Assembly: GCA_005222975.1 (NCBI GenBank)
Contig: NJBI01000013.1
Location: 1-61,996, forward strand
Direction of reading: 5' to 3'
DNA length: 61,996 bases
DNA from: Promethearchaeota archaeon Loki_b31
GTDB taxonomy: Archaea > Asgardarchaeota > Lokiarchaeia > Sigyniarchaeales > SOKP01
Shown one piece after another: positions 50,692-61,132 of this stretch; the stretch's first letter is position 1, and each line of letters opens with the position of its first letter. The notes under the pieces are model-generated. The model did not search any database. It worked only from the letters and a program-made list of their open reading frames with translations, and was not told the DNA's origin. The position numbers were made by a program, and so were the translations under genes.

Positions 50692-52119
50692 ATGTTTAGA
50701 CAAGCTATTAAATGGGTAAAAGCTAACCAAGATTTATTGATTGATGTCAGCGATCAGATTTGGGGGTTCGCAGAGTTAGGTTTAAAAGAATTTAAATCTT
50801 CAAAATTACTAGCAAAAACACTTGACGAAGCAGGTTTTGCTTTAAAAATGGGAGTTGCAGACATGCCAACTGCTTTTTACGCTGATTATGGAGAAGGGAA
50901 ACCTGTTATTGGGATTTTAGGAGAATACGATGCGCTCCCTGGTCTTAGTCAAAAAGCACAACCGTTTCGGGAAGTTTTATTAGAAGATGCACCAGGTCAT
51001 GGCTGCGGTCATAACCTATTAGGAGTAGGATCGTTAGGAGCAGTATTAGCAGTTAAAGAAGCAATTGATTTGGGTAATGTAAAGGGAACTATCCGTTATT
51101 ATGGTTGTCCTGCAGAGGAAACTTTCAACGCAAAAGGTTATATGATACGAGAAGGATTGTTCGACGATGTGGATATAGCAATGACTTGGCATCCAGGAAA
51201 TTTCAACATGCTAAATCTGATGACTTCTTTAGCGATAAACTCGGTAGTTTTTAAATTTCACGGACGTACAGCTCATGCCGCGGGAGACCCTCAAAATGGG
51301 AGGAGTGCTTTAGACGCTGTTGAGTTAATGAATATAGGAGCTAATTTTATGCGAGAACATATGATTTCTGATGCAAGATTACATTATGTTATAACTCATG
51401 GGGGAGATGTTCCAAATGTGGTGCCTGCTGAAGCAGAAGTGCATTATTTTGTACGCGCTCCAGAACGCCATCAAGTTGAAGAATTATACGCTAGGCTTAT
51501 TAACATAGGAAAAGGTGCGACTTTAATGTCGGAGACAACGATGGAGATCGATTTTTTAAGTGGCATGTATAACACAATGTATACGAAAGTAGTCGACGAT
51601 GTCATTTCAAACTCCATGAAAAAAGTTGGTACCCCTAGATTTAATAAAGATGATACAGCTTTTGCTAATGAGCTAAAAAAGTCTATTCCAAAAAATTCAC
51701 TTGAGGGATACTACAGGCTCATACCCCCCGATATGATGGAATTTGCTAAAGCTATTTTAAGTCAACCTTTGAATAAAATCATAATTCCTCCAATGGGAAA
51801 AGGTAAGGTTATGCCAGGATCTACCGATGTAGCAGATGTTTCTTGGAAAGTACCTCTTGGAGAATTTGGGACTGCTTGTGAGATCATGGGATCTCCCGGG
51901 CATTCTTGGCAAAATGTAGCCACTTCGGGGATGAGTATCGGTCACAAAGGGATGTTAACGGCAGCTAAAATATTAGCTGTATCCACCCTTGAATTCATGC
52001 AAAATCCAAATTTAGTTGAAAATGCGCTTAAGGAACACAATATAGCACATAAGGATAAACCATACAAAACACCTCTTCCTGACGGATTAAAGCCGCCTTT
52101 CCGCAGATTAAGTAATTAA
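50692..52119 (+). CDS. abgB: M20 amidohydrolase, AbgB-like
   Basis: GEYDALPGLSQ, GHGCGHN, GCPAEE, WHP, GRSALDAVELMN, GSTDVADVSW, HSWQ. Confidence 0.85.
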   Translation: MFRQAIKWVKANQDLLIDVSDQIWGFAELGLKEFKSSKLLAKTLDEAGFALKMGVADMPTAFYADYGEGKPVIGILGEYDALPGLSQKAQPFREVLLEDAPGHGCGHNLLGVGSLGAVLAVKEAIDLGNVKGTIRYYGCPAEETFNAKGYMIREGLFDDVDIAMTWHPGNFNMLNLMTSLAINSVVFKFHGRTAHAAGDPQNGRSALDAVELMNIGANFMREHMISDARLHYVITHGGDVPNVVPAEAEVHYFVRAPERHQVEELYARLINIGKGATLMSETTMEIDFLSGMYNTMYTKVVDDVISNSMKKVGTPRFNKDDTAFANELKKSIPKNSLEGYYRLIPPDMMEFAKAILSQPLNKIIIPPMGKGKVMPGSTDVADVSWKVPLGEFGTACEIMGSPGHSWQNVATSGMSIGHKGMLTAAKILAVSTLEFMQNPNLVENALKEHNIAHKDKPYKTPLPDGLKPPFRRLSN

Positions 52120-52233
52120 GCTTTTTTTTTGAACTAATTATTTATTTTTTTTCTTTTTTATCTTATAAGTTGAATCAAAAACTGGTCTCTCTAAGAGATT
52201 AATATAATACTCTATTTTCTAAATTAAGAATAA

Positions 52234-52533
52234 ATGAAATGTGTAAAAGATATGAGTAAAATAATAAAATGGCAATATTCCGATTTTTTTGAACCAAGAA
52301 GAGAAAAGCTTGTAAGTATTCTTCTTAGCGAGATAATTTTTTTGAAAAGTCATATAAAAAAATCTAATATTAGCAAAAAAAACCAATACCTTGAAATCGC
52401 GTTGGACAAGTTAGAATATCTTCTAAATACTCTAAAAAAAAGCGATATCGATTTATCCGACAAAGATTTTGATAAAGTAGTACTGATAATCTATCATATC
52501 TTTGAAGAGATTACTAATAAATTGAATTGCTAA
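52234..52533 (+). CDS. Hypothetical protein
   Basis: 99-aa ORF filling an intergenic gap. Confidence 0.55.
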   Translation: MKCVKDMSKIIKWQYSDFFEPRREKLVSILLSEIIFLKSHIKKSNISKKNQYLEIALDKLEYLLNTLKKSDIDLSDKDFDKVVLIIYHIFEEITNKLNC

Positions 52534-52598
52534 TTAAAAGTTAAGTTAAAAAAAGAAAAAGAAAGAAAAATGATATAACTTATCCAAATTTATTCTCG

Positions 52599-53543
52599 TT
52601 ATAAATCTAAGAGTTCACTTGCAACTCCAGTTATTGCTTGTTTTTGAGGTAATCCTTTCATTAAGTCTGGTCTGAATCTTTCAGCAAGTATTTGAGGTGT
52701 AAAAGGAGCTCCATTATTATCAATACGTTTGACTGTATGCCATCCACGATAAACCCAAACCTTATCTCCAGCAGCTCTAATTACTTCACCACTGATTCTT
52801 CTAGCGGCATCAGAAGCTAAAAACACGATTAATGGAGCAAAATGCGATGGGTTAAACACATCCATTCCTCCTTTTGATTTAGAACTCATAACGCCTACCA
52901 TTTTAGGCGTGGCATCAGTTGTAAGCCTAGTTCTAGCCATTGGTACAACGCAGTTAACCGTAGCGTATTTTTTTAATTCATCAGCCACAATTAACGTGAA
53001 CGCCGCAATTCCTGCTTTAGCAGCACCATAATTAGATTGTCCTATATTACCTAATAATCCTGCATCTGATGCTGTATTGATAATTCTTCCAAAGGTTTTT
53101 AACTTAGGATCTGCTTTTCCTCTTTTCCTAAAGTATTCTGCCGCATGTCTAACCATATTAAATGTGCCTTTAAGATGAACTGCGATGACGCCGTCAAATT
53201 CTTCCTCTGTCATGTTAAAAATCATTCTGTCACGTAGGATACCCGCATTATTAACAACGATATCTAATTTTCCAAATTCCGAAACTGCTTGATCTATCAT
53301 CCCTTTTGCTTTATTAAAATCTGTTACGGAATCGTAATTGCCTACCGCTTTAACGTCAAGTTTTTTACATTCCTCGGCAACTAAATCAGCTACCTGGGCT
53401 TTATTGCCCGTTCCGTCAAATGCCGCACCTAAATCATTTATCACTAAGTTACAACCTTCTTTTGCCATAGCTAGCGCTTCTTCACGTCCTAAACCGCGAC
53501 CAGCGCCAGTAATAATGGCAACTTTTCCATCTAACATACCCAT
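52599..53543 (-). CDS. Short-chain dehydrogenase/reductase (MFE-2/FabG-like)
   Basis: TGAGRGLG, NNAGILRD, YGAAK. Confidence 0.93.
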   Translation of the reverse strand: MGMLDGKVAIITGAGRGLGREEALAMAKEGCNLVINDLGAAFDGTGNKAQVADLVAEECKKLDVKAVGNYDSVTDFNKAKGMIDQAVSEFGKLDIVVNNAGILRDRMIFNMTEEEFDGVIAVHLKGTFNMVRHAAEYFRKRGKADPKLKTFGRIINTASDAGLLGNIGQSNYGAAKAGIAAFTLIVADELKKYATVNCVVPMARTRLTTDATPKMVGVMSSKSKGGMDVFNPSHFAPLIVFLASDAARRISGEVIRAAGDKVWVYRGWHTVKRIDNNGAPFTPQILAERFRPDLMKGLPQKQAITGVASELLDL

Positions 53544-53667
53544 TTTTTATCACTTATAAAATTTTAAGATTGATTTCTAATATGTAAAATTCAATTACAA
53601 AGTTAAAAAATTTTAAGAATTTTATTTCATTTTGAAAAATATCTGAATTGAATTTTAAGGGAATATA

Positions 53668-54186
53668 TTGGAATTAATAACCCACAACCTAATTGGAATC
53701 ATAATACAAATTTTATGTTTTACATTTTTACTTTTTCCGTTAAATATTGTTTGTACCATCCTTTTTGCCCACCTATCTCATATATTTTGTGATGCTCTTT
53801 CGATAATTACTTATCATACGCCTGATAGACAAAAAGGAGACAAATTTTGGATCATTTGGCACTATATTATTTATTTACTATCTGCTATATCTTTCTTCAT
53901 TTTCATTATTCCTTATTGGTTAGGGATGTTATTTGCTAATATAATTGATATTTGGGATTGGCTAATTTTACGACCGATTCAAAATAAGAAAAGAGAAAAA
54001 AATCCGGAATCCAAATGGGGTGACAAATATTACTTACATCGGACTGTTGATTGGGTAAGAAATAAACTATTTTTTTGGCTTCCAGTAAGGAACTATAAGA
54101 AGTCTGGTATAATGATCGAAATCTTTATAATTATCACTTTATCCATTATTTTAGGATTTCTAGGACCATCTCTTTTTATTACATAA
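53668..54186 (+). CDS. Membrane protein, possibly metal-binding
   Basis: Hydrophobic segments with THNL, SHIFCD, WH and DIWDW. Confidence 0.65.
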   Translation: MELITHNLIGIIIQILCFTFLLFPLNIVCTILFAHLSHIFCDALSIITYHTPDRQKGDKFWIIWHYIIYLLSAISFFIFIIPYWLGMLFANIIDIWDWLILRPIQNKKREKNPESKWGDKYYLHRTVDWVRNKLFFWLPVRNYKKSGIMIEIFIIITLSIILGFLGPSLFIT

Positions 54187-54571
54187 ATTTTCTTAATTCA
54201 TTAAAGTAAAACAAATGACTCTTACAGGAACAATCGGTAGAGCCGAAATTTTTAATATACGAATCTGAAACCTCCTTTATTGCTCGAGCAATAACACATT
54301 CTAGTCTCATTAATGAAGGAACAATATATAACTTAGTTATTAAGAAATATTCATCGTTTAGTAGATAATCAATATGCCAGTGAATTTTTTTATTAGCAGA
54401 ATCAGTAAGGTGTCTTTTAATACGATTTTCTAAGGTTGTTGACCCAATATTTCCCATTGCAGAACCCACATAGAGGTAATAACCTTTGGAGAATGATAAA
54501 ACCCCTAATGCGCCAATTTCAATTTTAACTCTCTTAGATAGAAATAATACAAGAATGTAACTTCCTTTCAT
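54179..54571 (-). CDS. DUF123 / Uri-superfamily (GIY-YIG) endonuclease
   Basis: KGSYIL, YLYVGSA, RIKRH, HWHIDYL, FGSTDCSCKSHL. Confidence 0.9.
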   Translation of the reverse strand: MKGSYILVLFLSKRVKIEIGALGVLSFSKGYYLYVGSAMGNIGSTTLENRIKRHLTDSANKKIHWHIDYLLNDEYFLITKLYIVPSLMRLECVIARAIKEVSDSYIKNFGSTDCSCKSHLFYFNELRKFM

Positions 54572-54754
54572 TTATTTACAAGCTTTTTTATGATCGTGAT
54601 AACATCCATCACAGAAACTTTCGTTGCAATGTTTACAAATATTTGCGCAATTATCGCATATTTGATTGTAGCATTCATAACACTCATAAATACGATCATT
54701 GGGATTTTCTCCACAATTTTCACAAATAATTTCTTTATTAGACATTAAAATCAC
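54572..54754 (-). CDS. Small Cys-rich zinc-binding protein
   Basis: Five CxxC pairs plus HxxxC in 60 aa. Confidence 0.7.
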   Translation of the reverse strand: MILMSNKEIICENCGENPNDRIYECYECYNQICDNCANICKHCNESFCDGCYHDHKKACK

Positions 54755-54883
54755 TTAAATAAAATTTGATTACAGTAAAAATGATAAGAAAATAAAATAA
54801 AAAAAACTCTTTATTACTACTTAAATAATTAAAAAATAATTTTATAGTATTCACATTAGAAAAACCAAATTAGAGAAACTAAA

Positions 54884-56026
54884 ATGAATGATTTATTTTT
54901 TTCTGAAAAACACTATAATTTGCGAGAAGATGTAAGAAAATTATTAAGGAAAGAATTGGAACCAATAAAAAACCAAATCAATAAAAATAACAAAATTCCT
55001 ATCGCTTTAATCAAAAAATTAGGAAAGAATGGGTTAATTGGACCTTTAATTCCAGAAAAATATAGTGGTTCAGATTTAGGCTTGATTGCACATTGTATGA
55101 TAACCGAAGAAATTTCAAAAATCAATGTAGCTATATCAGTAACTCGTACACCTTGTATATTAAATGGATATCTTCTTAATAGATATGGAAACGATTTTCA
55201 AAAAGAAAAGTTTTTGAAAAAAGTAGCAACTGGAGAAAAATTGTGTAGTATCTGTGTTACTGAAGAAGAGGCAGGCTCAAATGTGGCAGGAATTAAGACA
55301 AGTGCGTCAAAAGTGGGACAGAATTATGTTTTAAATGGTTCTAAGAAATTTATTACAAACGCAGGGATAGCGGATTATTATTTCGTTTGGTGCATTACAA
55401 GTAAGAAAGTTAACTCTCGTAATGGAATGAGTGTTTTCTTAGTAGAAAAAGACACACCGGGTTTACAGATAGAGAATCCATATGAATTAATGGGAATAAA
55501 TGGCTTATATAATGGAACGATTCGACTTGAAAATATAGAAGTTCCAGAACATAATCTTATTGGTGAAAAAGGAATGGGTTTTCAAAGCCTAATGAATACT
55601 TTTAATATTGAAAGATTAACTTTAAGTTGCGAATGTAATGGTTTATCTATGGCTGCTTTAGAGGATTCTAAACGCTATGCAAAGAGTAGAATTCAATTTG
55701 ATAAACCGATCTCTACCTTTCAAATAATTAAGTTAAAATTAGCTGAAATGGCAACAAAATTACAAGCTGCTCGATTATTGACTTATAGTGCGGCAAAGTT
55801 AGCAGAAATGAATAAAAATATAATAAAAGAAGCTTCAATGGCAAAAGCTTTCTCAAGCAAAGCTGCGGTTGAAATCACATCGGAAGCAGTTCAAATTCAT
55901 GGAGGAATCGGATACACAGATGTATACTCTGTTGAAAGGTATATGAGAGATGCTAAATTCTTTATGATTGGGGGCGGTACTTCTGAAATTCAGAACTTAG
56001 TAATCGCACGAGAAGAGTTAAAATAA
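54884..56026 (+). CDS. Acyl-CoA dehydrogenase
   Basis: TEEEAGSN, LNGSKKFITN, RIQFDKPI, QIHGGIGY, GGTSEIQ. Confidence 0.95.
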   Translation: MNDLFFSEKHYNLREDVRKLLRKELEPIKNQINKNNKIPIALIKKLGKNGLIGPLIPEKYSGSDLGLIAHCMITEEISKINVAISVTRTPCILNGYLLNRYGNDFQKEKFLKKVATGEKLCSICVTEEEAGSNVAGIKTSASKVGQNYVLNGSKKFITNAGIADYYFVWCITSKKVNSRNGMSVFLVEKDTPGLQIENPYELMGINGLYNGTIRLENIEVPEHNLIGEKGMGFQSLMNTFNIERLTLSCECNGLSMAALEDSKRYAKSRIQFDKPISTFQIIKLKLAEMATKLQAARLLTYSAAKLAEMNKNIIKEASMAKAFSSKAAVEITSEAVQIHGGIGYTDVYSVERYMRDAKFFMIGGGTSEIQNLVIAREELK

Positions 56027-56056
56027 AATAAAATTAGAAATTTAATAAAAAAAAAA

Positions 56057-56920
56057 TTAATAATTGTAGAATCCTTTCCTTGTTTTTCTTCCTAATAAAC
56101 TATCTTTTACCATTTCTTTTAAAAGCGGGCTAGGTTTATACCTTTCTCCAAATTCATTGGCTAAATAATTGCCAATATGATCGTAAATATCTAACCCAAC
56201 CAGATCGCTAAGCTCCAATGGGCCCATAGGGAAATTAAAAGCTAACTTACAAGCAGTATCAATATCTTCTGTGCTTGCAATTCCCTCGAGTTTCATATTA
56301 ATAGCTTCGTTACACATTACGTATATTAATCTTGAAGTAACAAAACCAGGAGAATCGTTTACTATTACTACAGTTTTTTTTAATCCTTCGGAAAAATCCT
56401 TTGCGATTTTTAAGGTTTTTTCTGATGTATTTTTGCCTTTAATTAATTCAATTAATTTCATGACGGTTGCTGGATTAAAAAAGTGGATTCCTACTATTCT
56501 ATCTTGGTGTATTGATTCAGAAGCTATTTCTGTTATGCTTAAGGACGATGTATTCGAAGCAAGAATCACTTCCCTATCACAAATTGAATCTAATTCAGTA
56601 AAAATTTTCTTTTTCAAATTCATATCTTCAAAAACCGCTTCTATTACTAATTGTACACCCTTAACAGCTTCATCTTTATTTACAAATAAATGAATTCTGT
56701 TAAGGTATTTCTCTGCTTCTTCTTTACTGATTTTGTTTTTAGAGACAAAAAACCTCTCTAAATTCTTTTCAATCGCATTTTTTGCTTTTTTTAAGATTTC
56801 CTCATTTTCATCAACTAAGATCACATTATATCCATAAGTAGCCAGTAACTGTACGATTCCTGAACCCATTACGCCAGCACCAATTACGCACACATCTTTA
56901 ACATCCATTTTTAGCCTCAT
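56057..56920 (-). CDS. 3-hydroxyacyl-CoA dehydrogenase
   Basis: GAGVMGSG, EAVFE, SNTSS, HFFNP, PMGPLELSDLVGLD. Confidence 0.95.
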   Translation of the reverse strand: MRLKMDVKDVCVIGAGVMGSGIVQLLATYGYNVILVDENEEILKKAKNAIEKNLERFFVSKNKISKEEAEKYLNRIHLFVNKDEAVKGVQLVIEAVFEDMNLKKKIFTELDSICDREVILASNTSSLSITEIASESIHQDRIVGIHFFNPATVMKLIELIKGKNTSEKTLKIAKDFSEGLKKTVVIVNDSPGFVTSRLIYVMCNEAINMKLEGIASTEDIDTACKLAFNFPMGPLELSDLVGLDIYDHIGNYLANEFGERYKPSPLLKEMVKDSLLGRKTRKGFYNY

Positions 56921-57708
56921 CTCTTCCTAAATTGCATATAATCGGCTTTACGCTTTTCTAAAAATGCGTCTTTTCCTTCTACGGCTTCATTGGTGTTATA
57001 ATAGAGAGACAGTCCCCCAACGCCTAATTGCGTGATGCCAGTCGTTCCATCGGTCTCTGCTAAAAACGCATATTTCAGCATTTTCAAAGCTGTCGGACTC
57101 TTTTCCAATATTTCCTGACACCAGATATTTACCTCTTCATCTAATTTTTCTATGGGTACAACTCTATTAACAAGTCCCATTTCTAAGGCTTGTTGAGCGG
57201 TGTATCGACGACAAAGATACCAAATCTCTTTAGCACGTTTCACGCCAACAGCACGAATTAAATCACCGGTCCCATATCCAGGATCAAAGGAACCTACGCG
57301 CGGTCCAGCTTGCCCAAGTTGCGCATGTTCTGCCGCAATGCTGAGATCGCAAACGACATGCCATACATGTCCTCCTCCGATCGCATAACCATTTACACGA
57401 GCTATAACTGGTTTGGGTAATGTGCGAATCTGGTGAGTTACATGTTGCCAACCAACTTCCAAAGGCAACAAATATGTTCCCTTGTAGCCTCCTTTCTCGC
57501 GAGTCGTCTGATCTCCACCAGTGCAAAACGCTTTCTCTCCAGCGCCAGTGAATACCACAACACCTATTTCCTTATCCATACATCTATTAAAAGCGTCAAT
57601 CAATTCATGGACAGTGTGCTGTGTACACGCGTTGTAGCGCTGAGGTCGATTGATTGTTATGCGCGCTATCCCATCTTTTTTTTCAAAAATGATATCTTCA
57701 TAATCCAT
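56917..57708 (-). CDS. MenB/BadI-family crotonase, probably BadI-like
   Basis: INRPQRYNA, FCTGGDQ, GYAIGGGH, GPRVGSFDPGYGT, AKEIWYLCRRY. Confidence 0.8.
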   Translation of the reverse strand: MDYEDIIFEKKDGIARITINRPQRYNACTQHTVHELIDAFNRCMDKEIGVVVFTGAGEKAFCTGGDQTTREKGGYKGTYLLPLEVGWQHVTHQIRTLPKPVIARVNGYAIGGGHVWHVVCDLSIAAEHAQLGQAGPRVGSFDPGYGTGDLIRAVGVKRAKEIWYLCRRYTAQQALEMGLVNRVVPIEKLDEEVNIWCQEILEKSPTALKMLKYAFLAETDGTTGITQLGVGGLSLYYNTNEAVEGKDAFLEKRKADYMQFRKR

Positions 57709-57865
57709 TATTTCTCATCTTATCAAAATTTAGTTTTCAATTTTATAATTGATCAATAAGAATGATCTTGAAATATTTAATAATTCCTCATTGAAATCGA
57801 ATTTATAGAAATGTCTTAGAGGATATAAAAATCTAATATTTATGCTAACATTAGATACTTTCACT

Positions 57866-57903
57866 TCGTGAAACTTATGTTTCACGATTTTCTAGAGAAA
57901 ATC
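57866..57903. terminator. Two adjacent inverted repeats (terminator or operator)
   Basis: TCGTGAAAC-ttat-GTTTCACGA and GATTTTCT-ag-AGAAAATC just past the stop of 57922-58443. Confidence 0.4.
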
Positions 57904-57921
57904 CCTAGATAATTGTGCTCG

Positions 57922-58443
57922 CTAAAGTAGCATGTTTTGCTTTACTTCACGTACCATGCTTTGCCCTTCTTTATTGATCTGAGAAATTATTTCTCTTAAT
58001 ATCTCGGTAATTTCAATACCTTTTAACTCACTTGAGATATAAAGCATCGATAGTACTTCTCTTGCTAAAGTTGTAAGGTTCTTCATATCATCAATAGGAA
58101 TTCTAATTCCTAGTGCTTTAATATCCATGTGCGTTTCTTTTTCTTGTTGTCTAATAGCAATGAGAAAGTCATTCTTTCGTCCTTTCCATAATTCTGATAC
58201 AGTTCTAATAGACAAGATGTATCTTTTAGTGGGACTCTTTAGCCCATGAATCTCACTTGCGAACCCTAAAGGTTTAGAGTTTTTAATTGCTTCTAACCCA
58301 AAACTTCTGTTGAACTTATTAGTTTTATCGAGCTTTTCTTTCATTTTAGAAATTTCAGATGTTAATTGTTCAATTTTTAACGACAATTTTTCAAATTTTT
58401 CGAGGAATAGTTCCCTATCTATAAGATTCTCACTATCGCTCAT
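57922..58443 (-). CDS. Coiled coil plus possible PC4-like ssDNA-binding domain
   Basis: TVSELWKGRKNDFLIAIRQ..ALGIRIPIDDMKNL resembles PC4 motifs. Confidence 0.55.
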   Translation of the reverse strand: MSDSENLIDRELFLEKFEKLSLKIEQLTSEISKMKEKLDKTNKFNRSFGLEAIKNSKPLGFASEIHGLKSPTKRYILSIRTVSELWKGRKNDFLIAIRQQEKETHMDIKALGIRIPIDDMKNLTTLAREVLSMLYISSELKGIEITEILREIISQINKEGQSMVREVKQNMLL

Positions 58444-58592
58444 TTAAGAAGCCACCCAAATATTATGTATTATATGTTTTGATTTACTGTTTAATAAAAT
58501 TAGTTATTAAAGGATTAATCTCTCTTGCTTTTGTAATTTATAACAATATAAATTTGAATAAGAAAAAAGAGAAAAATTAATTTTAACTATTT

Positions 58593-59906
58593 TTAAAAAG
58601 CGTCGAAATCTTGGCCATCCGGTTCTTTTTGTTCTGAAATTTCTTTTGAAAAAGGTTCAGTTTGTTCTTCTTCAATTGACTTTAAATCGTCATAGGCTTG
58701 TTCTTTTTCCGGTTCTGGAGTAGTCATAGGTTCTTTCAATTTTTCTACAAAATCGATAGGACTTAAAAGATCTTTAACCTCTTTATCTACTTTTTCTTTG
58801 AACTCTCTTTCGTTTAGGATGTATTTCTTAATTTCAACAAATCCTAAACTTATTAGTATGAAAAGAAAGAACAATAAAACGCCCAAATTCTTAACCAGGT
58901 TTACAATTGAATCGTTTAATACATTAATTGTAGTAGCAAAACCTAAACCACTAAATAAGTTATAAGGAAAGTTGTGAATAAACTCGTATGCTACTTTTGA
59001 AAACACTAGCCAAATTAATATTGAATCAACGCCAATTCGTTTAATTTTTAATCTTTTTCTTAACATTTCGACTTGAGAACCCATTAAAGTGCTAATCGCA
59101 TATAATAATATGAATAAATCCAGAAATAACAAGATAAATTGAGTCTCTATTGATGTACTTTCTCCACCTGTGCTTTTAATCGCAAAAAAGATTTTTACAA
59201 GTAGAAAAAAAGTATAAATGACAACAAAAAGCGAAAACATCCCTAACCAAGCATTAAATATTTTTTTAAATATGTATATAACCCCGACTAGGATAAACAT
59301 TATAATTATAAACCCAACCAAAATTACTACAAAATTTAAAGTGTCATAAACGGTTTGAGTAAATGTGAAACCAATAATAGCTCCAATACCTTGTGATTCA
59401 GATAAATATAGACCTAACAAAAGTATAGAAAATATAGAACCACCAACAAATTCAATGCTTCTGAAAAATGAGCTATGTACGCGCCTTTTAAGACTATCGT
59501 CTAATCTTTTACTTGTAAGATAAGCACCGTATAAGATAAACCACGATGTAAAGAAAATGTAAGATATTATTGAAAATAAGAAGATTCCCACCATAATTGG
59601 TATCAAAAAAAACATTAAAGGAAGAGTTAAGAATAATGTCAAAAATATTTTCCATGCGGCAACTTCCTTCACATCTTTCTTAGCAAATAGTGAATACAAA
59701 AAAATAAACACTAAGAACGCCAAAAATGGTATGTAAATTACTACACCTATTAAATCTAATAAATCTATTTGATTATCAAGAATTTGAATTGAAAATTGAA
59801 AAGGTAGTTGAATAATTGTAATATTCACAAGAAGCCAAATTACCAGAATCAAATATTTCCGGTTTTCTTTTAATCCTAATTTCTTTAAATTTTCAATCGT
59901 ATCCAT
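58593..59906 (-). CDS. Polytopic membrane protein with acidic tail
   Basis: About 10 hydrophobic segments. Confidence 0.75.
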   Translation of the reverse strand: MDTIENLKKLGLKENRKYLILVIWLLVNITIIQLPFQFSIQILDNQIDLLDLIGVVIYIPFLAFLVFIFLYSLFAKKDVKEVAAWKIFLTLFLTLPLMFFLIPIMVGIFLFSIISYIFFTSWFILYGAYLTSKRLDDSLKRRVHSSFFRSIEFVGGSIFSILLLGLYLSESQGIGAIIGFTFTQTVYDTLNFVVILVGFIIIMFILVGVIYIFKKIFNAWLGMFSLFVVIYTFFLLVKIFFAIKSTGGESTSIETQFILLFLDLFILLYAISTLMGSQVEMLRKRLKIKRIGVDSILIWLVFSKVAYEFIHNFPYNLFSGLGFATTINVLNDSIVNLVKNLGVLLFFLFILISLGFVEIKKYILNEREFKEKVDKEVKDLLSPIDFVEKLKEPMTTPEPEKEQAYDDLKSIEEEQTEPFSKEISEQKEPDGQDFDAF

Positions 59907-60078
59907 AAAATAAAAATAGAGTTTGATTATTTAAAATTTTTTAATACCATATCTCCCAGAGAGTTTTAAATATTCAAAAATTTTTGTCCAAGGAATTCTA
60001 CTCTGGGGATTTGGTTTAAGTATTTTCATGAATTTACTTTAAATTTTTTTTTTTATTTTATTCGTTTTTACATACACT

Positions 60079-60882
60079 TTAAAAGTAATCTAATAATCTT
60101 TTTTGTTGATTAAATTGATAAAAAGGGAGATTAAATCTCTTTTTCAACAAGTTCACGGATTCAGGGGCGAACCCCATAAAGTGATTATTGACTATTATGA
60201 GGATTTCACGAACATCAGGGGATTTCTCAAGATTGTTAACCTTTTGAATAAGATCGCTTAAATTTTTCTCTTGGTTTCTCTGAATGTGGCTAAACACAGT
60301 TAATTCGCGGTCACCTATGAGGCGAATATAGTATCTATCCTGGTTAGGTGAATAGTAGGCTTTTAACCCTGGTTTGTATGTTGTTCCTAAGATAAATTTA
60401 GTACCGTCTATAAACTCTGAAATTAAGTCTTTTTTAAACCACGAATTATCGCGAAATTCAAAGATATACATATTTCCCGAAGGAAGCTCGTTGGTTAAAT
60501 TATTTAGTTGTTTGAAGTGTTTTTCCGTAAATTTAAACCAAGGTGGAAATTGTAATAAATAAGCAACGGTTTTTTCTTGTATCGGTGATAAATGATAAAA
60601 AAATTGAGAAATTAAAGAAGCAAGATTTGGAACTTTTAAATCGTGAGTAATTTTCTGCCATACTTTTATTACATACTTAAATTTTTCTGGTACTCGACCG
60701 TTCCACTTCTTTACTATCGAATATTTAGGAACATTGTAAAAAGTTGTATTTATTTCGATTAAATCGAAAAATCTTGAGTAAAATTTCAAGCGGTTATATT
60801 TCTCAAGCGATTTAGGATAAAAAGAGGCCATCCAGTCCTTATAATCCCAACCAGCACAGCCAATGTTAATTTTTGCCATCAA
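60079..60882 (-). CDS. DUF72 (YecE) family protein
   Basis: IGCAGWDYKDW, EINTTFY, QKITH, LLQFPP, EFRDNSW, YIRLIG, NNH. Confidence 0.93.
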   Translation of the reverse strand: MMAKINIGCAGWDYKDWMASFYPKSLEKYNRLKFYSRFFDLIEINTTFYNVPKYSIVKKWNGRVPEKFKYVIKVWQKITHDLKVPNLASLISQFFYHLSPIQEKTVAYLLQFPPWFKFTEKHFKQLNNLTNELPSGNMYIFEFRDNSWFKKDLISEFIDGTKFILGTTYKPGLKAYYSPNQDRYYIRLIGDRELTVFSHIQRNQEKNLSDLIQKVNNLEKSPDVREILIIVNNHFMGFAPESVNLLKKRFNLPFYQFNQQKRLLDYF

Positions 60883-61132
60883 TATTCACAAGTATACTTA
60901 CATAATAACTTCTATACCTTATTAATTCAAATAGATCGTAGTAACAATTGATAAAATAAATTGCCTTTATATATAATTAAAATTTATAGTAAAGTTTTAT
61001 AATAGAAAAAGAGAGTTACAATATATAAGGTCGTAGTAATTAAGAAAAAATCTTATCAAAAACTTGAGATCCGAATAAGTAAACTTAAAAAAATTTACAT
61101 TTTAAATTTAAATATAAAAAAGGTGGGCGGAA

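Noticed and set aside
56917-57708. menB gene symbol
   Set aside because: DPGYGT motif and context favour BadI; not resolvable without a tree.
59946-60015. SECIS element
   Set aside because: No AUGA/GA core and no nearby selenoprotein-like gene.
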